Positions 1 to 15,157 are shown, counted from the stretch's first letter. The stretch: 64,000 nt of DNA from Octopus bimaculoides (GCF_001194135.2 NC_068990.1:15351823-15415822); one strand, 5' to 3'. A program made the numbers and translations. The notes: a model not told the origin generated them from the letters alone.

Positions 1-105
1 ACAAAAATCTATAAATATATAAATATAAAAATACATAAATGTACTTGCGAAGTTGTATGTCTATATTAAAATCAATGAGGATATTAAAATATGCAGATGG
101 TGAAC

Positions 106-194
<89 letters not shown>

Positions 195-443
195 CATCCA
201 CGCACACACTCATCCACACACACACACACACTCACACACACGCACACACACCATGTATACACAGAGAAAGTTAATATAAGTCCTTATGTAATTCCAAGTT
301 TAAAATCTCTCTGTCTCTGTATAAGTTAGAAAATTTATCTGTTGAGAATTTTTAGAAACGCAATGTATCAATTTCTATCACCATCAATCAAAACCAAACA
401 TCATCTGTCCTTATTAATTAAAAAAAAAAAAATTAAATTGCTT

Positions 444-636
444 CAACTTTATTTTATGGGGAGCTGTACCAACTGCTGTTTATTGAACTAAAATGCGTTC
501 TATAGATGACTTGCAGGCTAAGATAATTAATTTGATCCAGGGTGTAACTGGAAATCAGCTGCAAAATATATTTGTAGAATTCTGAAATTGCATCACAGTT
601 TCTATACATAATGATAGAAGAGTTGTTGAAATCTTA
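444..636 (+). mobile_element. Tc1/mariner transposase C-terminal relic
   Basis: Reads NFILWG...AVY*TKMRSIDDLQAKIINLIQGVTGNQLQNIFVEF*NCITVSIHNDRRVVEI, resembling the post-catalytic DFFLWG..VY....R..ELK.RI tail of Tc1/mariner transposases. Contains stops. Confidence 0.55.
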
Positions 637-1219
637 AGAATAAATCTATATAAAACTTAATAAATGTTTTTTCACTTATCCTTGTCAAAAATTAATTCTA
701 CCATATATAGAACTAAAGTTATATAAATTTAAACTTGCACAAACACTTTATAATAACCTTCTGTATGTATATTTTATTACAAGTAGATCTAAGAATAAAT
801 TGTTTACTCACTCATGTTAATAGGTTTTTTAGGGTGCAACTATGTTTGTTTGGTTAAGAAGCTTGTTTTGCTATCATATGGTTTCAGGTTCAGTCCCACA
901 GTGCAACACCTTGGGCAAATGTCTTCTACAATAGTCCCAGGTCGACTAATGCCTTGTGAGTGAATTTGGCAGATGGAAAATGTGTGAGAGCCCATCATAT
1001 ATATATATATATATATCATCATCATCATCATCATTGTTTAACGTCCACTTTCCATGCTCCCATGGGTTGGACAGTTTGAGGCGCAGCCTCCTAGCTTGCC
1101 AGGCCCCAGTCAAACTGCCCAACCCATGCCAGCATGGAAAGTAGATGTTAAACGATAATGATGATGATGATGATGTATATGTATGTATACGCATATGTAT
1201 ATTTATAAGTTTGTGTGTG

Positions 1220-1263
<44 letters not shown>

Positions 1264-2713
1264 NNNNNNNNNNNNNNNNNNNNNNNNNNNNNNNNNNNNN
1301 NNNNNNNNNNNNNNNNNNNNNNNNNNNNNNNNNNNNNNNNNNNNNNNNNNNNNNNNNNNNNNNNNNNNNNNNNNNNNNNNNNNNNNNNNNNNNNNNNNNN
1401 NNNNNNNNNNNNNNNNNNNNNNNNNNNNNNNNNNNNNNNNNNNNNNNNNNNNNNNNNNNNNNNNNNNNNNNNNNNNNNNNNNNNNNNNNNNNNNNNNNNN
1501 NNNNNNNNNNNNNNNNNNNNNNNNNNAAAAAAGAAATAAAATCTGTATTTTGTAAGACAGCAAAGTGACAGCTGCAGACATGTTTTGCTTTTATTTGATC
1601 TCTTCAGGAAAAAATAGTCTTGTCAGCCTCCTTTAATCATCACTGGGCAGAAATTTTTAGCTGTGAGAAAAGAGTCAGAAAGCATCATCATCATCATCAT
1701 TATCATATCACTGTTGTCATCTTCATTGTCTACATCATAATCATCATCATCATTGTCATCATTGTTATCATCATCGTCACTATCATCTTCTTCATTGTCA
1801 TCATCATCATCTTCATCGTCACTATCATTATCATCATCATCATCATTGTCTTAATGTCCACTTTTCCATGCTTGTATGAGGTCAGACAGAATTCAGTAAG
1901 GCATATTTTACTTGGATGGGTGCCCATCCTGTCACCAACCCTCACCTCTATACAAGAGCAGTAATACTTGCTCATGCGTGGACAAGTCTATTTCACAGAA
2001 CATTGGAAATGGATAGTACCACACATGTACATGTGCACCCCCACACCACACACACATACATCATACATGCATGCATGCAAGTATACATACATACATACAT
2101 ACATACATACATGCACTCTTCACTGGAATTGTAAAAATCTGTGAAACTTTCCAGAAGTTTATCATTTAAATATATATGAGTGTGTCTAGATATGCAAGTA
2201 TACACATGAGAATACATACATAAAACAACACATACAAATCTGCACATACATACATACATACATACATACATACATACATACCCTGTGGTTGATGTTCAAA
2301 TTCTAATGAAGAAATCTTGAAGTAAAACTGAATAATGACATACATATATTGTGTATATATATTTTGGTCAGTATTATTGGTATATTTACTGAAAGTAAGT
2401 TAAGGGAAGTAGCACACACAGGTCAATGATTATTGAGTTTGTTAAAGATGTACTGAATAATAAATGCAAGATATTCTTAATGAATTGAAATTTGCCTCTT
2501 CATGAGAGAAAGGAAAGAAAATAACCTATGGGCAATTGTTAGAGACTTTCAAAGCAAAAGAAAGATACGTTCAAGAAATTTAAAATTAAATTTAACAGTA
2601 AATTGAATTATCTAAATTCATGTCATTACTTCGTTTGAGTAATTTCCTTTAGCTTACTTCCGACACACACACACACACAGAGACACAGACACACACACAC
2701 ACACAGAGACACA

Positions 2714-2765
<52 letters not shown>

Positions 2766-5604
2766 CAAGCATGCATGAATGTATATACATATACTTATAT
2801 GTATGAATTTATATGTGTGTGTGTGTATATATATTTATGTATCTATTTATTTATTTATGTACATAGACGTATACATACACACACATGCATTTGATCTAAT
2901 CAGTTAGTTTATATCAATATCTGTATACACACATACTTATGCTCACACGTAACACACACACATATACATTTGTGTTTGTGTGTATGTGTGTAGAAAATAT
3001 GTAACTTTATCCAAAGCTCTAAAAGGATTTTAATCTCCAGTTTCATAATATTGAAGAGGTGATAACAAATCTTTCTCTTGATAAGAATCCAGTCTGCCTC
3101 AGATAACCTTTCCAAATGATCTCATACCTACCTATTCCTGATTCTCAACTAAACTCTGACCACTTTGAATCGAGAGCAGTACTCAAAATAAACAAAATAA
3201 ATGCCTGCAACCATTTTTGACCCAGAATCCTTTGTGATGGCAAGTCCTATACCACATTTACACAGCCATTTAATATCTTCTTTATGGTTATTGCTTAGCA
3301 CTCTGGAAGACAAAGTAGATAGTTTATAGAATAGTAAACCAAGAAAGATATGACTGGAAGTCGTTAGGTCAGGCTTTAAGATATTAGTCCTCACAGATAA
3401 GATGATGTAAGGTGAGAAAGCCAACAGAGAATTACTTTATTTATTGACTTTTCTTGAAATTGCCAGCATGTAAAAAAAAATGGATGTTAAAATGGTAAAA
3501 GTTATGAGGGTTTTCAGTGACGGATTTTTAACTGTTGTATTCAGCATATTTAGCAAGAATGTTGGAACTCGCTCATTGTTAATCATGATAATGATAGTAA
3601 AAGTAATGCATGAGATCGTTTTAGTGATTAAGATTCCTTTCTTCTCTTTTGTGTTGCCAACACAGTTATTCCAGGTGATGCTTTTCAAGTGACTTGCTTC
3701 TGTTGTTGTTGTTGTTTTTTTTGTTTTTTTTTGGTATTTTACTTCCGTTTGAAGTTCAATGACGATGGAAAGATTCTGATCCGTCAGTAATCAGAGGTTT
3801 TTGTGTATCTGTGACAAAAAAAGAAAAAAAAAAAAAAGAAATGGAGGAATATTTAATAACATTTGCATTTTCATAGAAAGTAGTGAGAAAAATATATGAA
3901 TGTGTAGCTTAAACAATTCATGATAGGCGTAAATACTCACTTGGAGACTTGAGTCACCGACACAACAGGATGGATGCTTTTAAAACTTAGCTTCTGCTTC
4001 TCATAAATTCACTTTAATGAATTCAAATGTCAACTGCAAACTAAAATTGAATGTGGTTCTTCAGTTTTCCCAAACCATTATATTTGTAATTTTCTTTTTT
4101 TAGATTTTAACATTTGTAGGATTATTAAAAATAAAAGAAAATAATAAAAAAAGAACAAGATGAACAAATTATAGGTGAGGGGGAGTGTTCACCTATCATC
4201 TCAATTGGTGTAATCTTTAGTTGTCACTGTAACCTCTGCATGTGTGTGAGACAGAGAGAGAGAGAAAGAGAGAGAGACAATAGTTTAAGTGGTGGACTAA
4301 CCACCAGACAGTCAAGAGTTCAAACCAAAAATGATTATTTTGATTGGAGCATCTGCTTGCTTATTTCTCTTTGTTCAAACTTGTTGAAGGTTATTTTGGA
4401 TAACAGGATCCATCAAAATCTATAGACTATGTTCTGGTGAGGTAGGATGTGACTATGAAATGATTATGTGTATATATGTATATATATGTGTGTGTATGCA
4501 TATATATGTGTGTGTATATATATATGTGCGTGTGTATATATATGTGTGTGTATCTATATATATGTGTGTGTGTATATATGCGTATGTGTGTGTGTATATA
4601 TATGTGTATATATATATGTATATATATGTGCGGGTGGCACATAAAAGACACCATTTNNNNNNNNNNNNNNNNNNNNNNNNNNNNNNNNNNNNNNNNNNNN
4701 NNNNNNNNNNNNNNNNNNNNNNNNNNNNNNNNNNNNNNNNNNNNNNNNNNNNNNNNNNNNNNNNNNNNNNNNNNNNNNNNNNNNNNNNNNNNNNNNNNNN
4801 NNNNNNNNNNNNNNNNNNNNNNNNNNNNNNNNNNNNNNNNNNNNNNNNNNNNNNNNNNNNNNNNNNNNNNNNNNNNNNNNNNNNNNNNNNNNNNNNNNNN
4901 NNNNNNNNNNNNNNNNNNNNNNNNNNNNNNNNNNNNNNNNNNNNNNNNNNNNNNNNNNNNNNNNNNNNNNNNNNNNNNNNNNNNNNNNNNNNNNNNNNNN
5001 NNNNNNNNNNNNNNNNNNNNNNNNNNNNNNNNNNNNNNNNNNNNNNNNNNNNNNNNNNNNNNNNNNNNNNNNNNNNNNNNNNNNNNNNNNNNNNNNNNNN
5101 NNNNNNNNNNNNNNNNNNNNNNNNNNNNNNNNNNNNNNNNNNNNNNNNNNNNNNNNNNNNNNNNNNNNNNNNNNNNNNNNNNNNNNNNNNNNNNNNNNNN
5201 NNNNNNNNNNNNNNNNNNNNNNNNNNNNNNNNNNNNNNNNNNNNNNNNNNNNNNNNNNNNNNNNNNNNNNNNNNNNNNNNNNNNNNNNNNNNNNNNNNNN
5301 NNNNNNNNNNNNNNNNNNNNNNNNNNNNNNNNNNNNNNNNNNNNNNNNNNNNNNNNNNNNNNNNNNNNNNNNNNNNNNNNNNNNNNNNNNNNNNNNNNNN
5401 NNNNNNNNNNNNNNNNNNNNNNNNNNNNNNNNNNNNNNNNNNNNNNNNNNNNNNNNNNNNNNNNNNNNNNNNNNNNNNNNNNNNNNNNNNNNNNNNNNNN
5501 NNNNNNNNNNNNNNNNNNNNNNNNNNNNNNNNNNNNNNNNNNNNNNNNNNNNNNNNNNNNNNNNNNNNNNNNNNNNNNNNNNNNNNNNNNNNNNNNNNNN
5601 NNNN

Positions 5605-5637
<33 letters not shown>

Positions 5638-6394
5638 GTGTGTTTATATATGTGTGTGTGTGTGTGTTTATATATATGTGTATATATGTGTGGGTGTATA
5701 TATGTGTATGTGTATATATGTGTGTGTGTATATATATATATATTTATGTATTTATATATGGTGCTGGTGCCACATAAAAGGCACTCAGTGTACTCTGCAA
5801 GGTGGTTGATCTCAGAAAAGGGCTTCCAGCTGTAAAATCCCTGCCAAAACAGACAATCTCCTGCCTGTCCAGCTCTTATCAATCTATCCAACCCATCCCA
5901 GCATGGAAAACGGACATTAAAAGATGATGATGACGACGATGATGATATATATATGATAGGCTTCCACAAGTTCCCATGTATGAAGTTCATTCACAAGGTG
6001 TTGGATGACCTGGGGTTATATTAGAAAATATTTGCCCAAGCCAGCATGCAATGGGTCTGAACCCCAAAACTACACAGTTACTCAGTGAATTTCCTAACTA
6101 CATGCCAATGTCTGCATAAATTTTCTTTTCTTTTTTTTTTCTTTTTGCCCCGTTTGTTTCATTTAGATTTGATGCTAGAAATACTCTGAGTTGTGTTATT
6201 TTTGTTTTGTTCTGTTGTTTTTCCATTTTCTGTTTTTGTCTTACCTCCCCCCTCTTTCTCTCTTTCTTCCTGTCTTCCTCCCTCTCCCTCTCTTCCTTCT
6301 TTCCTTCATTCTTTCCTTTCTTCCTTCCTGCCTTCTGTCTTTCCCTTCTTTCTTTCTTTCTTTCTTTCTTTCTTTCCCTCTTTCTTTCTTTCCC

Positions 6395-6426
<32 letters not shown>

Positions 6427-6660
6427 TTCTTTCTTTCTGTCTTTCTTTCCCTCACACATTAATTAAGTTGAAGAAGCAGGGGAATTTCAGTTTGCAAATA
6501 AAAGTGAATTGCTATCATCTGCTCTACATTTTGACATGCTGACATTTTTATCAATAAAAAACAAGTGATATTTATTACTTTATGCATAAAATGTAAATAA
6601 TATTTCGAAGAGAGTCCAATTTATGTAAGGGAAGCAATGCAGTTAATTAAATTGACTGCT

Positions 6661-6707
<47 letters not shown>

Positions 6708-8367
6708 AAGTACGACTTGAATCATCATCATCATCATTATCATCAACCGCCACCACAACTATTGCTGCTGAGCCCACCACAATCACTGCTGCCACCACCA
6801 CCTCTACCATTACCTCTGCTGCTGCTGCCCCCACTGCTACCACTGTTAATTCTGCTGTCACCACCACAACCACTGCTACCATCCCTGCCACCACCGCCAC
6901 TACCACTACCACCACCAGCATCATTATGTCCACTTTTTATGCAGGCATGTGCTGTATGGATTGTCAGGTCCTGGATCAAGTCCTGTTGGGTGTTACTGCC
7001 CTCCTAAACAGGTCAGAGGACTGTTTTGCTTGTGTTTCAATTGTGACTTGATTTCAAACGGCAAGATGCTCTTTATATCACCAACCACTTTACAGAGTAT
7101 ACCGTATGCATTTCATCATGTTGTCAACACCATAGAGGTTGCAATCTCCTTCATAAGACAAAAGATATCCTCTTGACCCCTATGTTGTCCCCACTCATTT
7201 GTCAGCCACTTCACAGGTTGTACAGAGTGCATTTTATCAAGGTACCAGTACTAGGGGTGTTGCCACCTCCTTCACTGGATAATAAGGATACTCTTGTCCC
7301 CTACATAGTCTCCATACGTTTGTCAATCACTTACCACTTCACAAAGTATACAGTGTGTATATTATCAAGGCACCAGCACTAGGAGGTGTTGTCACCTCCT
7401 TTACAGGATAATAAGGATTCTCTTGACCCTTACATAGTCTCCACACATTTGCCAACCACTTTACACTTTACAGTGTGTAGCTGGTGCATTTTGTCATGAT
7501 AACAACACTAGAAGAGTTGTCTTGTCTCATATAAAAGCTAAAGAATTTTTAGTACTATAAAGCATTTGAACTAGCACTAATACTTCTGTTAACTGTCATT
7601 ATCTATGAAATATAAAACAATAAAATTCTTTAGTATGAAAGAAAAATATTGGTTTATTCTCTTGACATAGAGTCTAGATAAATTGTGAATTGGGAATGGA
7701 AATAAAGTGGTGCTACTGTAAAATGTCATTAGCTTTCAGCTCTGTTTCCTGAGAAGTTACACAGTTAATTTGGCTAGACACATAATTAGTTTTTGTGTGA
7801 GAGAAACATAACTTCTATTACTCACACAGTTGACTTTCTCTAATCCATCACTGTTGGGACCTGTGGATTGCCATGTTTGTGAATTTGCTGGGTCATCAAT
7901 GATTAGGTAGGCATATTCAGTTTACACATGCGACTAAATAACCTTATCCAACCTTTAAAACACCTCGTGAATCAGTACAAGATATTTAATTAAGAGAAAA
8001 GAAGTATTAACTGAAAAGTGATTGAAATCTTAATAAAGAACAAGTAAAGTAATGGATACAGGTAAAAAAAAATATACAGGTAAAATAAAGAGTACAAGTA
8101 TAGAAATTCTGTTGATTTATGTGAAAAAGTTCACCACTGACGATACTTGCAAAATGAAGAGCTGGAATTTAACACTAAGCAGAGTTACATAGGAGGAAGT
8201 AAAAACTCAGAATGCTCATTTTCATCTTGAAAGATGGCCAAAACATTAGTAACTGGTAATGAAATTGGTACAGTATCTTTTTCAGGAATTATTGATGTCA
8301 GTAGCATCATTTCTGGATGTGAAGGAGATGATGTATTGGATTTTCAAGTGACAACTCTTCACAAATA

Positions 8368-9560
8368 TCACAAATGTAACCTAATTTTTTTGAACATATC
8401 TTTCAAGCTAGGCTGTTTCATATATCTCAGTCTTTCTTTGATTAGTTTATCCTGCAGCATGTAAACATTCATTATTTCTTGTTCAGTTACAAAATTGTAT
8501 TGCTCAAGACCTTTTAGCACTTCACCTGTCAATTGAATTAACTTGGCAATAGAAATTCTTTCTGCTACATCTTTCTCATTTTCATCATAGCTTTCTTCAT
8601 CACTTTGTTCTTTCTCAGAATTTACAACTATCTGCACAATTCCTAAGACTGTATTGAGTAATGATGAACATTAACTACAGCGGCAGATACATAAATTCCA
8701 TGACATTATCTTTATTCAATCTTGATGCAAAATCTTTAACTCTTGGATTATGAGCAAAAGATAGCAGTATATGTGCAATCTCCCTTTCCTTTGAAACCCT
8801 AACTTCTATAAAGTCGTATGCAGTGTCTTCACCAGGTGCAGACTCAAACATTAAACTCAGCCACAATTTCTGCCATCCAATTTTTTTTTATTATTGATGC
8901 TTCTACAAACTTCTAAGCATCGGCAACACAGTAAACCATAACCCTTGTATTAAATCCCTTAAGAAACTCCTTCACTGGTCTACCAGAGTTAGCTGCACTC
9001 ACTAGGTACCTCATAAACAAAGAGTGCTGTCATCAGCCTCCTCCTCCTCATCATCATCGTCATTGTCATCACCATCATCATTGTCATCATTATCATCATC
9101 ATCATCATCATCATCATCACCATTATCATCATTATTATCGTCATTGTTTTAAAGTCCATTTTTCAATGCTTGCATGAGTCAGACAGTTGTACTGAGGTAG
9201 ATTTTCTACAGCTAGATGCCCTTCCTCTTATTATTCAGGAGCCAAATTAATGATGTACAACAAGAGTTAAGTGGTAAATTGTTACCATTATCTATAACCA
9301 GAAGTTCTGCTTCTTGATGTGTAGTGCAGCCATTTAAAATTAGCATTAACTTAAAGTTGTGGTCTGTTCCAAGAAAGTCATAGTGATTTCTTGCTTCAAG
9401 AATAAAATGTCTTTCAAACCATTCCAATGTCATGTTATCTGCGACTCAACCTTCTTGTTGGCACAATAAATCACTAGAGACTGTGCCACACCTTTGAAGA
9501 CCATAGCTTGTGATCTTTTGCCAATGACCAGCAGCTTAAATTTTAACTACCATCATTTGC
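8368..9560 (-). mobile_element. Tigger/pogo DNA transposon relic (DDE_1 region plus acidic C-terminus), interrupted by a CAT-tailed repeat at about 9030-9225
   Basis: Minus-strand fragments LEWFERHFILEARNH...FKLMLILNGCTTH...NLPLNSCCTSLIWLLN (DDE_1-like) and ...EQEIMNVYMLQDKLIKERLRYMKQPSLKDMFKK (Tigger-type C-terminus). Frameshifted. Confidence 0.8.
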
Positions 9561-9686
9561 AATCTAGTCCTAAGTTCATCACAAAATATTTCAGTCTTTT
9601 CTATTACCAGACATCTCAGCAGGATAATGGATTGCCATTAGTTGGCCTTTGTATCTAACCAATGACTATTATACTCAGAAACTGGG

Positions 9687-9932
9687 ATGTGTCCTGTGAC
9701 TTGTATGATTCAGGAACATCAGCTCAAACTGTTTGGTCATGTTGCTCAGTTTTCTCAATTGGATCCAGGACATCATGTTTTTTTCTCTGAGGATCTGGCT
9801 GGGGTGATGGCTTGTGTTGGTCAGCCATTAGCCACATGGTCTGAATGGATGAAGAAGTATCTTGTAGAGATGGGGGTCTCAGATAGGGACACTGGTTGGA
9901 GAGTTGCCTGGGATGACCCTAGCAAATACTGA
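9687..9932 (+). mobile_element. RTE-like LINE ORF2 3' fragment
   Basis: QLKLFGHVAQF...GQPLATWSEWMKKYLVEMG...WRVAWDD resembles the LRWFGHV.R...GRP..TW tail of RTE-clade ORF2. Confidence 0.6.
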
Positions 9933-10721
9933 CAAATGGTGGATAGATCCCCAAATAACCCAGCACCTTCAATTACATGGAGTTTATTCCTTTTGTTACC
10001 AAATTTCAGTCAAAATACACAATTTTTACTTCAATTAATTTTGAAAATAATGAATTTTGTAAAATAACTTGTCATCAATTAAGCTGGTGTTTGGAACATA
10101 AGTTGACATGTAATTTTGGTAGAAAGTTTTAATTTAAACACTTTAAAGCAAGTATTTGTATCATAGAACCAAGTGCTGTCTCAGGCAGATTTGTATCAAG
10201 AGGATTAAACTACATGTGTTGTCCTGTCTTAGTTTGAATTGTTTCCTTAAACACATCTTTTTCTTTGATTCACCGTCAGCAAAGGACTGGAGAATTTTCA
10301 CTGTCTCTTTTCCTTTTTGTTATATATTGCCAAAGAATTAATGTTGTATCATTCAAACAAAATTCTCACAGACACGCCGCTGTTGAGATTTTTCTGAAGT
10401 TCAGCTTTATCTGCTTTGAATAATACAATTTACAGAGTTAACACTTTACACCATGAGAAATTCTTTCTTTATGCAGTGGAACTACAACTTATATATGAAA
10501 GCAGACTATAATAATAAATACAGAAAACAGAAGAAGGGTGTGGTGCCAGTGTTCATAATTTCATACCAATAGTGTGAGCCACAGTTAAAGGCACTGAAAC
10601 TGTAGTGACATGGTTGTGCTGAGCTGGAAATTATGTCCACCATTAATGATGGAACTGGGTTAGTAGTAGTAGCATGGAACAATGTTTTGTGAGTGGATGT
10701 CGTAGACAGAAAGAAGCCTGT

Positions 10722-10779
<58 letters not shown>

Positions 10780-12589
10780 CTCTTTTACTCTTTTACTTGT
10801 TTCAGTCATTTGACTGTGGCCATGCTGGAGCACCACCTTTAGTCGAGCGAATCGACCCCAGGACTTATTCTTTGTAAGCCTAGTACTTATTCTATCGGTC
10901 ANNNNNNNNNNNNNNNNNNNNNNNNNNNNNNNNNNNNNNNNNNNNNNNNNNNNNNNNNNNNNNNNNNNNNNNNNNNNNNNNNNNNNNNNNNNNNNNNNNN
11001 NNNNNNNNNNNNNNNNNNNNNNNNNNNNNNNNNNNNNNNNNNNNNNNNNNNNNNNNNNNNNNNNNNNNNNNNNNNNNNNNNNNNNNNNNNNNNNNNNNNN
11101 NNNNNNNNNNNNNNNNNNNNNNNNNNNNNNNNNNNNNNNNNNNNNNNNNNNNNNNNNNNNNNATACGACAGGCTTCTTTCAGTTTCTGTCTACCAAATCC
11201 ACTCACAAGGCTTTGGTTGGCTCGAGGCTATAGTAGAAGACACTTGTCCAAGGTGCCATGCAGTGGGAATGAACGCGGAACCATGTGATCGGTAAGCAAG
11301 CTACTTACCACACAGCCACTCCTGCGCCTATACACACACATATATATTTCAAAATGTAACCACATATGAATTGTTGGCAATATTTTTTTTCCTCCATCTT
11401 CCTTTTCTGTTGGACTTTCCTCTGTCTCCTGTTTCTGAAGAGGAGCTTTGCTCGAAACATAAAACAACCTTTCTTTCCTTCCCTGAGCTTCTGCTAATAC
11501 TTTACGTATACCATGTCCTCACACTGTTGTTTTTTTGTGTTTGTTCTTTGTTTCTTTTGGATTTACTATATATGCATGTATGTATGTGTGTATGTGCGTG
11601 TCTGTGTTTGTCCCCTACCATTGCTTGACAACCAGTGTTGGTGTGTTTATGCCCTTGTAACTTAGCAGTTCAACAAAAGACACCAATAAAATAAGTACGA
11701 AGCTTGAAAAAAATAAGTACTGGGATTGATTCATTTGGCTAAAATTCATCAAGGCAATGACCCAGCATGGCCACAGTCTAATGAATAAAAAAATTAAAAG
11801 TCTAAAAAATAAAAGATAAAAAATACAATACAAATAGGATTTTTTTTTTATTTGTGTTGCTCTAGATATCATAAACAGATCTCCTAATGTATGATAATTG
11901 TCTTCAGTTATAGTTCTTGCAGAGTCTGTTTATAGGGAGCAAGATATTCTAGGATAGCAGAATATAACAAAATTCCATGTTGTGGATTGTAATTTAATAA
12001 ATGAATAAGCTAAACAATTTTGGAAGTGATGACATGTAAGGAAAGTTATACTTTTCATCACACAGCAATAAGACGCAGTCTTTTATCTATATAAACACAG
12101 TCTGTGTGTGTGTGTGNNNNNNNNNNCAGACACACAAAAACACACACACACACACACACACATATATACATATACAGTGGGCTTCTTTCAGTTTCCATCC
12201 ATCAAATCCACTCTCATAGCTTTGGTCGGTCTGAGGCACTTGCCCACGGTGCCATGCAATGGGACTGAAGCTTCTTGCCACACCTGCACCTATCTTACCC
12301 CACAGCCATGCCTGTGCCTACATATAAATATTTATACCCTGGTGTTGGATAAATAATTTAACGAAGCAAGGGGAACAAAGTATTTACACGATGCACTACT
12401 GTTACTGTTACATGAGATTAAATGGCCTCTGCTAACAGCTCACAGTGAACTGTTTACCCAGAACTTACTGATAGTTCTTTATTTGATAGCAATGTGTCAG
12501 TCGACTTTAAGTCACACGAGTGTGGTCAGAATCCCTTCACAACAATATATATATATTTACATACAAAACGTGCATATGTATATATATCA

Positions 12590-12830
12590 TCATCATCATC
12601 ATCATCGTTTAACGTCTGCTTTCCATGCTAGCATGGGTTGGACGATTTGACTGAGGACTGGTGAAACCGGATGGCAACACCAGGCTCCAGTCTGATTTGG
12701 CAGAGTTTCTACAGCTGGATGCCCTTCCTAACGCCAACCACTCAGAGAGTGTAGTGGGTGCTTTTACGTGTCACCCGCACGAAAACGGCCACGCTCGAAA
12801 TGGTGTCTTTTATGTGCCACCCGCACAAGC
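12590..12830 (-). mobile_element. RTE 3'-tail repeat family, (GAT)n-tailed; further copies at about 1015-1175, 5760-5945, 14205-14360, 48270-48660, 53700-54020, 61380-61490, 61560-61725
   Basis: Recurrent ...AACCCATGCTAGCATGGAAAGC(A/G)GACGTTAAACGATGATG end. The same tail terminates the RTE ORF2 fragment at 44437-45030. Confidence 0.8.
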
Positions 12831-13769
12831 NNNNNNNNNNNNNNNNNNNNNNNNNNNNNNNNNNNNNNNNNNNNNNNNNNNNNNNNNNNNNNNNNNNNNN
12901 NNNNNNNNNNNNNNNNNNNNNNNNNNNNNNNNNNNNNNNNNNNNNNNNNNNNNNNNNNNNNNNNNNNNNNNNNNNNNNNNNNNNNNNNNNNNNNNNNNNN
13001 NNNNNNNNNNNNNNNNNNNNNNNNNNNNNNNNNNNNNNNNNNNNNNNNNNNNNNNNNNNNNNNNNNNNNNNNNNNNNNNNNNNNNNNNNNNNNNNNNNNN
13101 NNNNNNNNNNNNNNNNNNNNNNNNNNNNNNNNNNNNNNNNNNNNNNNNNNNNNNNNNNNNNNNNNNNNNNNNNNNNNNNNNNNNNNNNNNNNNNNNNNNN
13201 NNNNNNNNNNNNNNNNNNNNNNNNNNNNNNNNNNNNNNNNNNNNNNNNNNNNNNNNNNNNNNNNNNNNNNNNNNNNNNNNNNNNNNNNNNNNNNNNNNNN
13301 NNNNNNNNNNNNNNNNNNNNNNNNNNNNNNNNNNNNNNNNNNNNNNNNNNNNNNNNNNNNNNNNNNNNNNNNNNNNNNNNNNNNNNNNNNNNNNNNNNNN
13401 NNNNNNNNNNNNNNNNNNNNNNNNNNNNNNNNNNNNNNNNNNNNNNNNNNNNNNNNNNNNNNNNNNNNNNNNNNNNNNNNNNNNNNNNNNNNNNNNNNNN
13501 NNNNNNNNNNNNNNNNNNNNNNNNNNNNNNNNNNNNNNNNNNNNNNNNNNNNNNNNNNNNNNNNNNNNNNNNNNNNNNNNNNNNNNNNNNNNNNNNNNNN
13601 NNNNNNNNNNNNNNNNNNNNNNNNNNNNNNNNNNNNNNNNNNNNNNNNNNNNNNNNNNNNNNNNNNNNNNNNNNNNNNNNNNNNNNNNNNNNNNNNNNNN
13701 NNNNNNNNNNNNNNNNNNNNNNNNNNNNNNNNNNNNNNNNNNNNNNNNNNNNNNNNNNNNNNNNNNNNN

Positions 13770-13812
<43 letters not shown>

Positions 13813-14369
13813 GTATGTATATTTACAAATAAAGGTTACAAACCTCATTCAGGGATAGCAAAATCCTATGAAAGTACTGGTTAGCTACCTATACAAAGAA
13901 TGTTGAACATTACAGTTAATACTCAACTGCAAAGTAACTATATAAACCGTGGTTTATATATATTTATATATACCGCCTGACTGGGGGTATATATAATGAG
14001 TTAATGTGCTTATGAAACTTAGTGGATTGGCAAAAAAAAGATCGATAGACTACGTATCAGGCTGAAAGAAAATAATAAGTCCTGGGGTCAATTTGTATGA
14101 CTAAAACCTTTGAAGGTTGTGCCCGAGTATGGTTACAGTGAAATGACTCAAACAAGTGAAATATAACATATATATATATATATATATTCCTAGACGTATA
14201 TCATCATCATCATCATCATCGTTTAACGTCCGCTTTCTATGCTAGCATGGGTTGGACGATTTGTCTGGGGACTGGTGAAACCGGATGGCTACGCCAGACT
14301 CCAATCTGATTTGGCAGAGTTTCTACAGCTGGATGCCCTTCCTAACACCAACCACTCAGAGACTGTATA

Positions 14370-14403
<34 letters not shown>

Positions 14404-15157
14404 NNNNNNNNNNNNNNNNNNNNNNNNNNNNNNNNNNNNNNNNNNNNNNNNNNNNNNNNNNNNNNNNNNNNNNNNNNNNNNNNNNNNNNNNNNNNNNNNN
14501 NNNNNNNNNNNNNNNNNNNNNNNNNNNNNNNNNNNNNNNNNNNNNNNNNNNNNNNNNNNNNNNNNNNNNNNNNNNNNNNNNNNNNNNNNNNNNNNNNNNN
14601 NNNNNNNNNNNNNNNNNNNNNNNNNNNNNNNNNNNNNNNNNNNNNNNNNNNNNNNNNNNNNNNNNNNNNNNNNNNNCCTCCCTCCCTTCCTTCCTCCCTC
14701 CCTCCCTTCCTTCCTTCCTTCCTTCCTTCCTTCCTTCCTTTCCCTTCCTGCAAATGCGAACATATGTATGTATGTATGTTTAAAGATCATATTTGTTATT
14801 TTTCTCACTGTCACCGATGCTATTCCTGTTGACAAAGTTTCAACATCTGTTTTTCTGTGCTAGAATAAATTGAGACTTGTTAGAGACTCAACCAGTTTAG
14901 TCCCACACCATTTCTTCTGTGAATCATTACATCCTGAGGACTGACATCCTCATTTCTTTCCCAGTTTTATTGAATGATTCATCATCTTCATCAGCATGAT
15001 TGCTGCCACATCCACCATTGCAAAGCAATGTGAGATGAAGTGTTTTGCTCAAGAATGCAACACACCATTTGGTCTAGGAATTGAAACCATGATCTTACCG
15101 TTGTTATTACAACTCCGTAACCACTAGGCCATATACCCTCACATACAAATACATATA

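Noticed and set aside
3149-3692. Three overlapping ORFs of 70-91 aa
   Set aside because: No recognisable domain, overlapping on both strands, and no consistent splice or frame support.
6640-6935. Ala/Val- or Pro/Gly-rich ORFs
   Set aside because: A mixed trinucleotide low-complexity tract leading into a CAT-tailed repeat.
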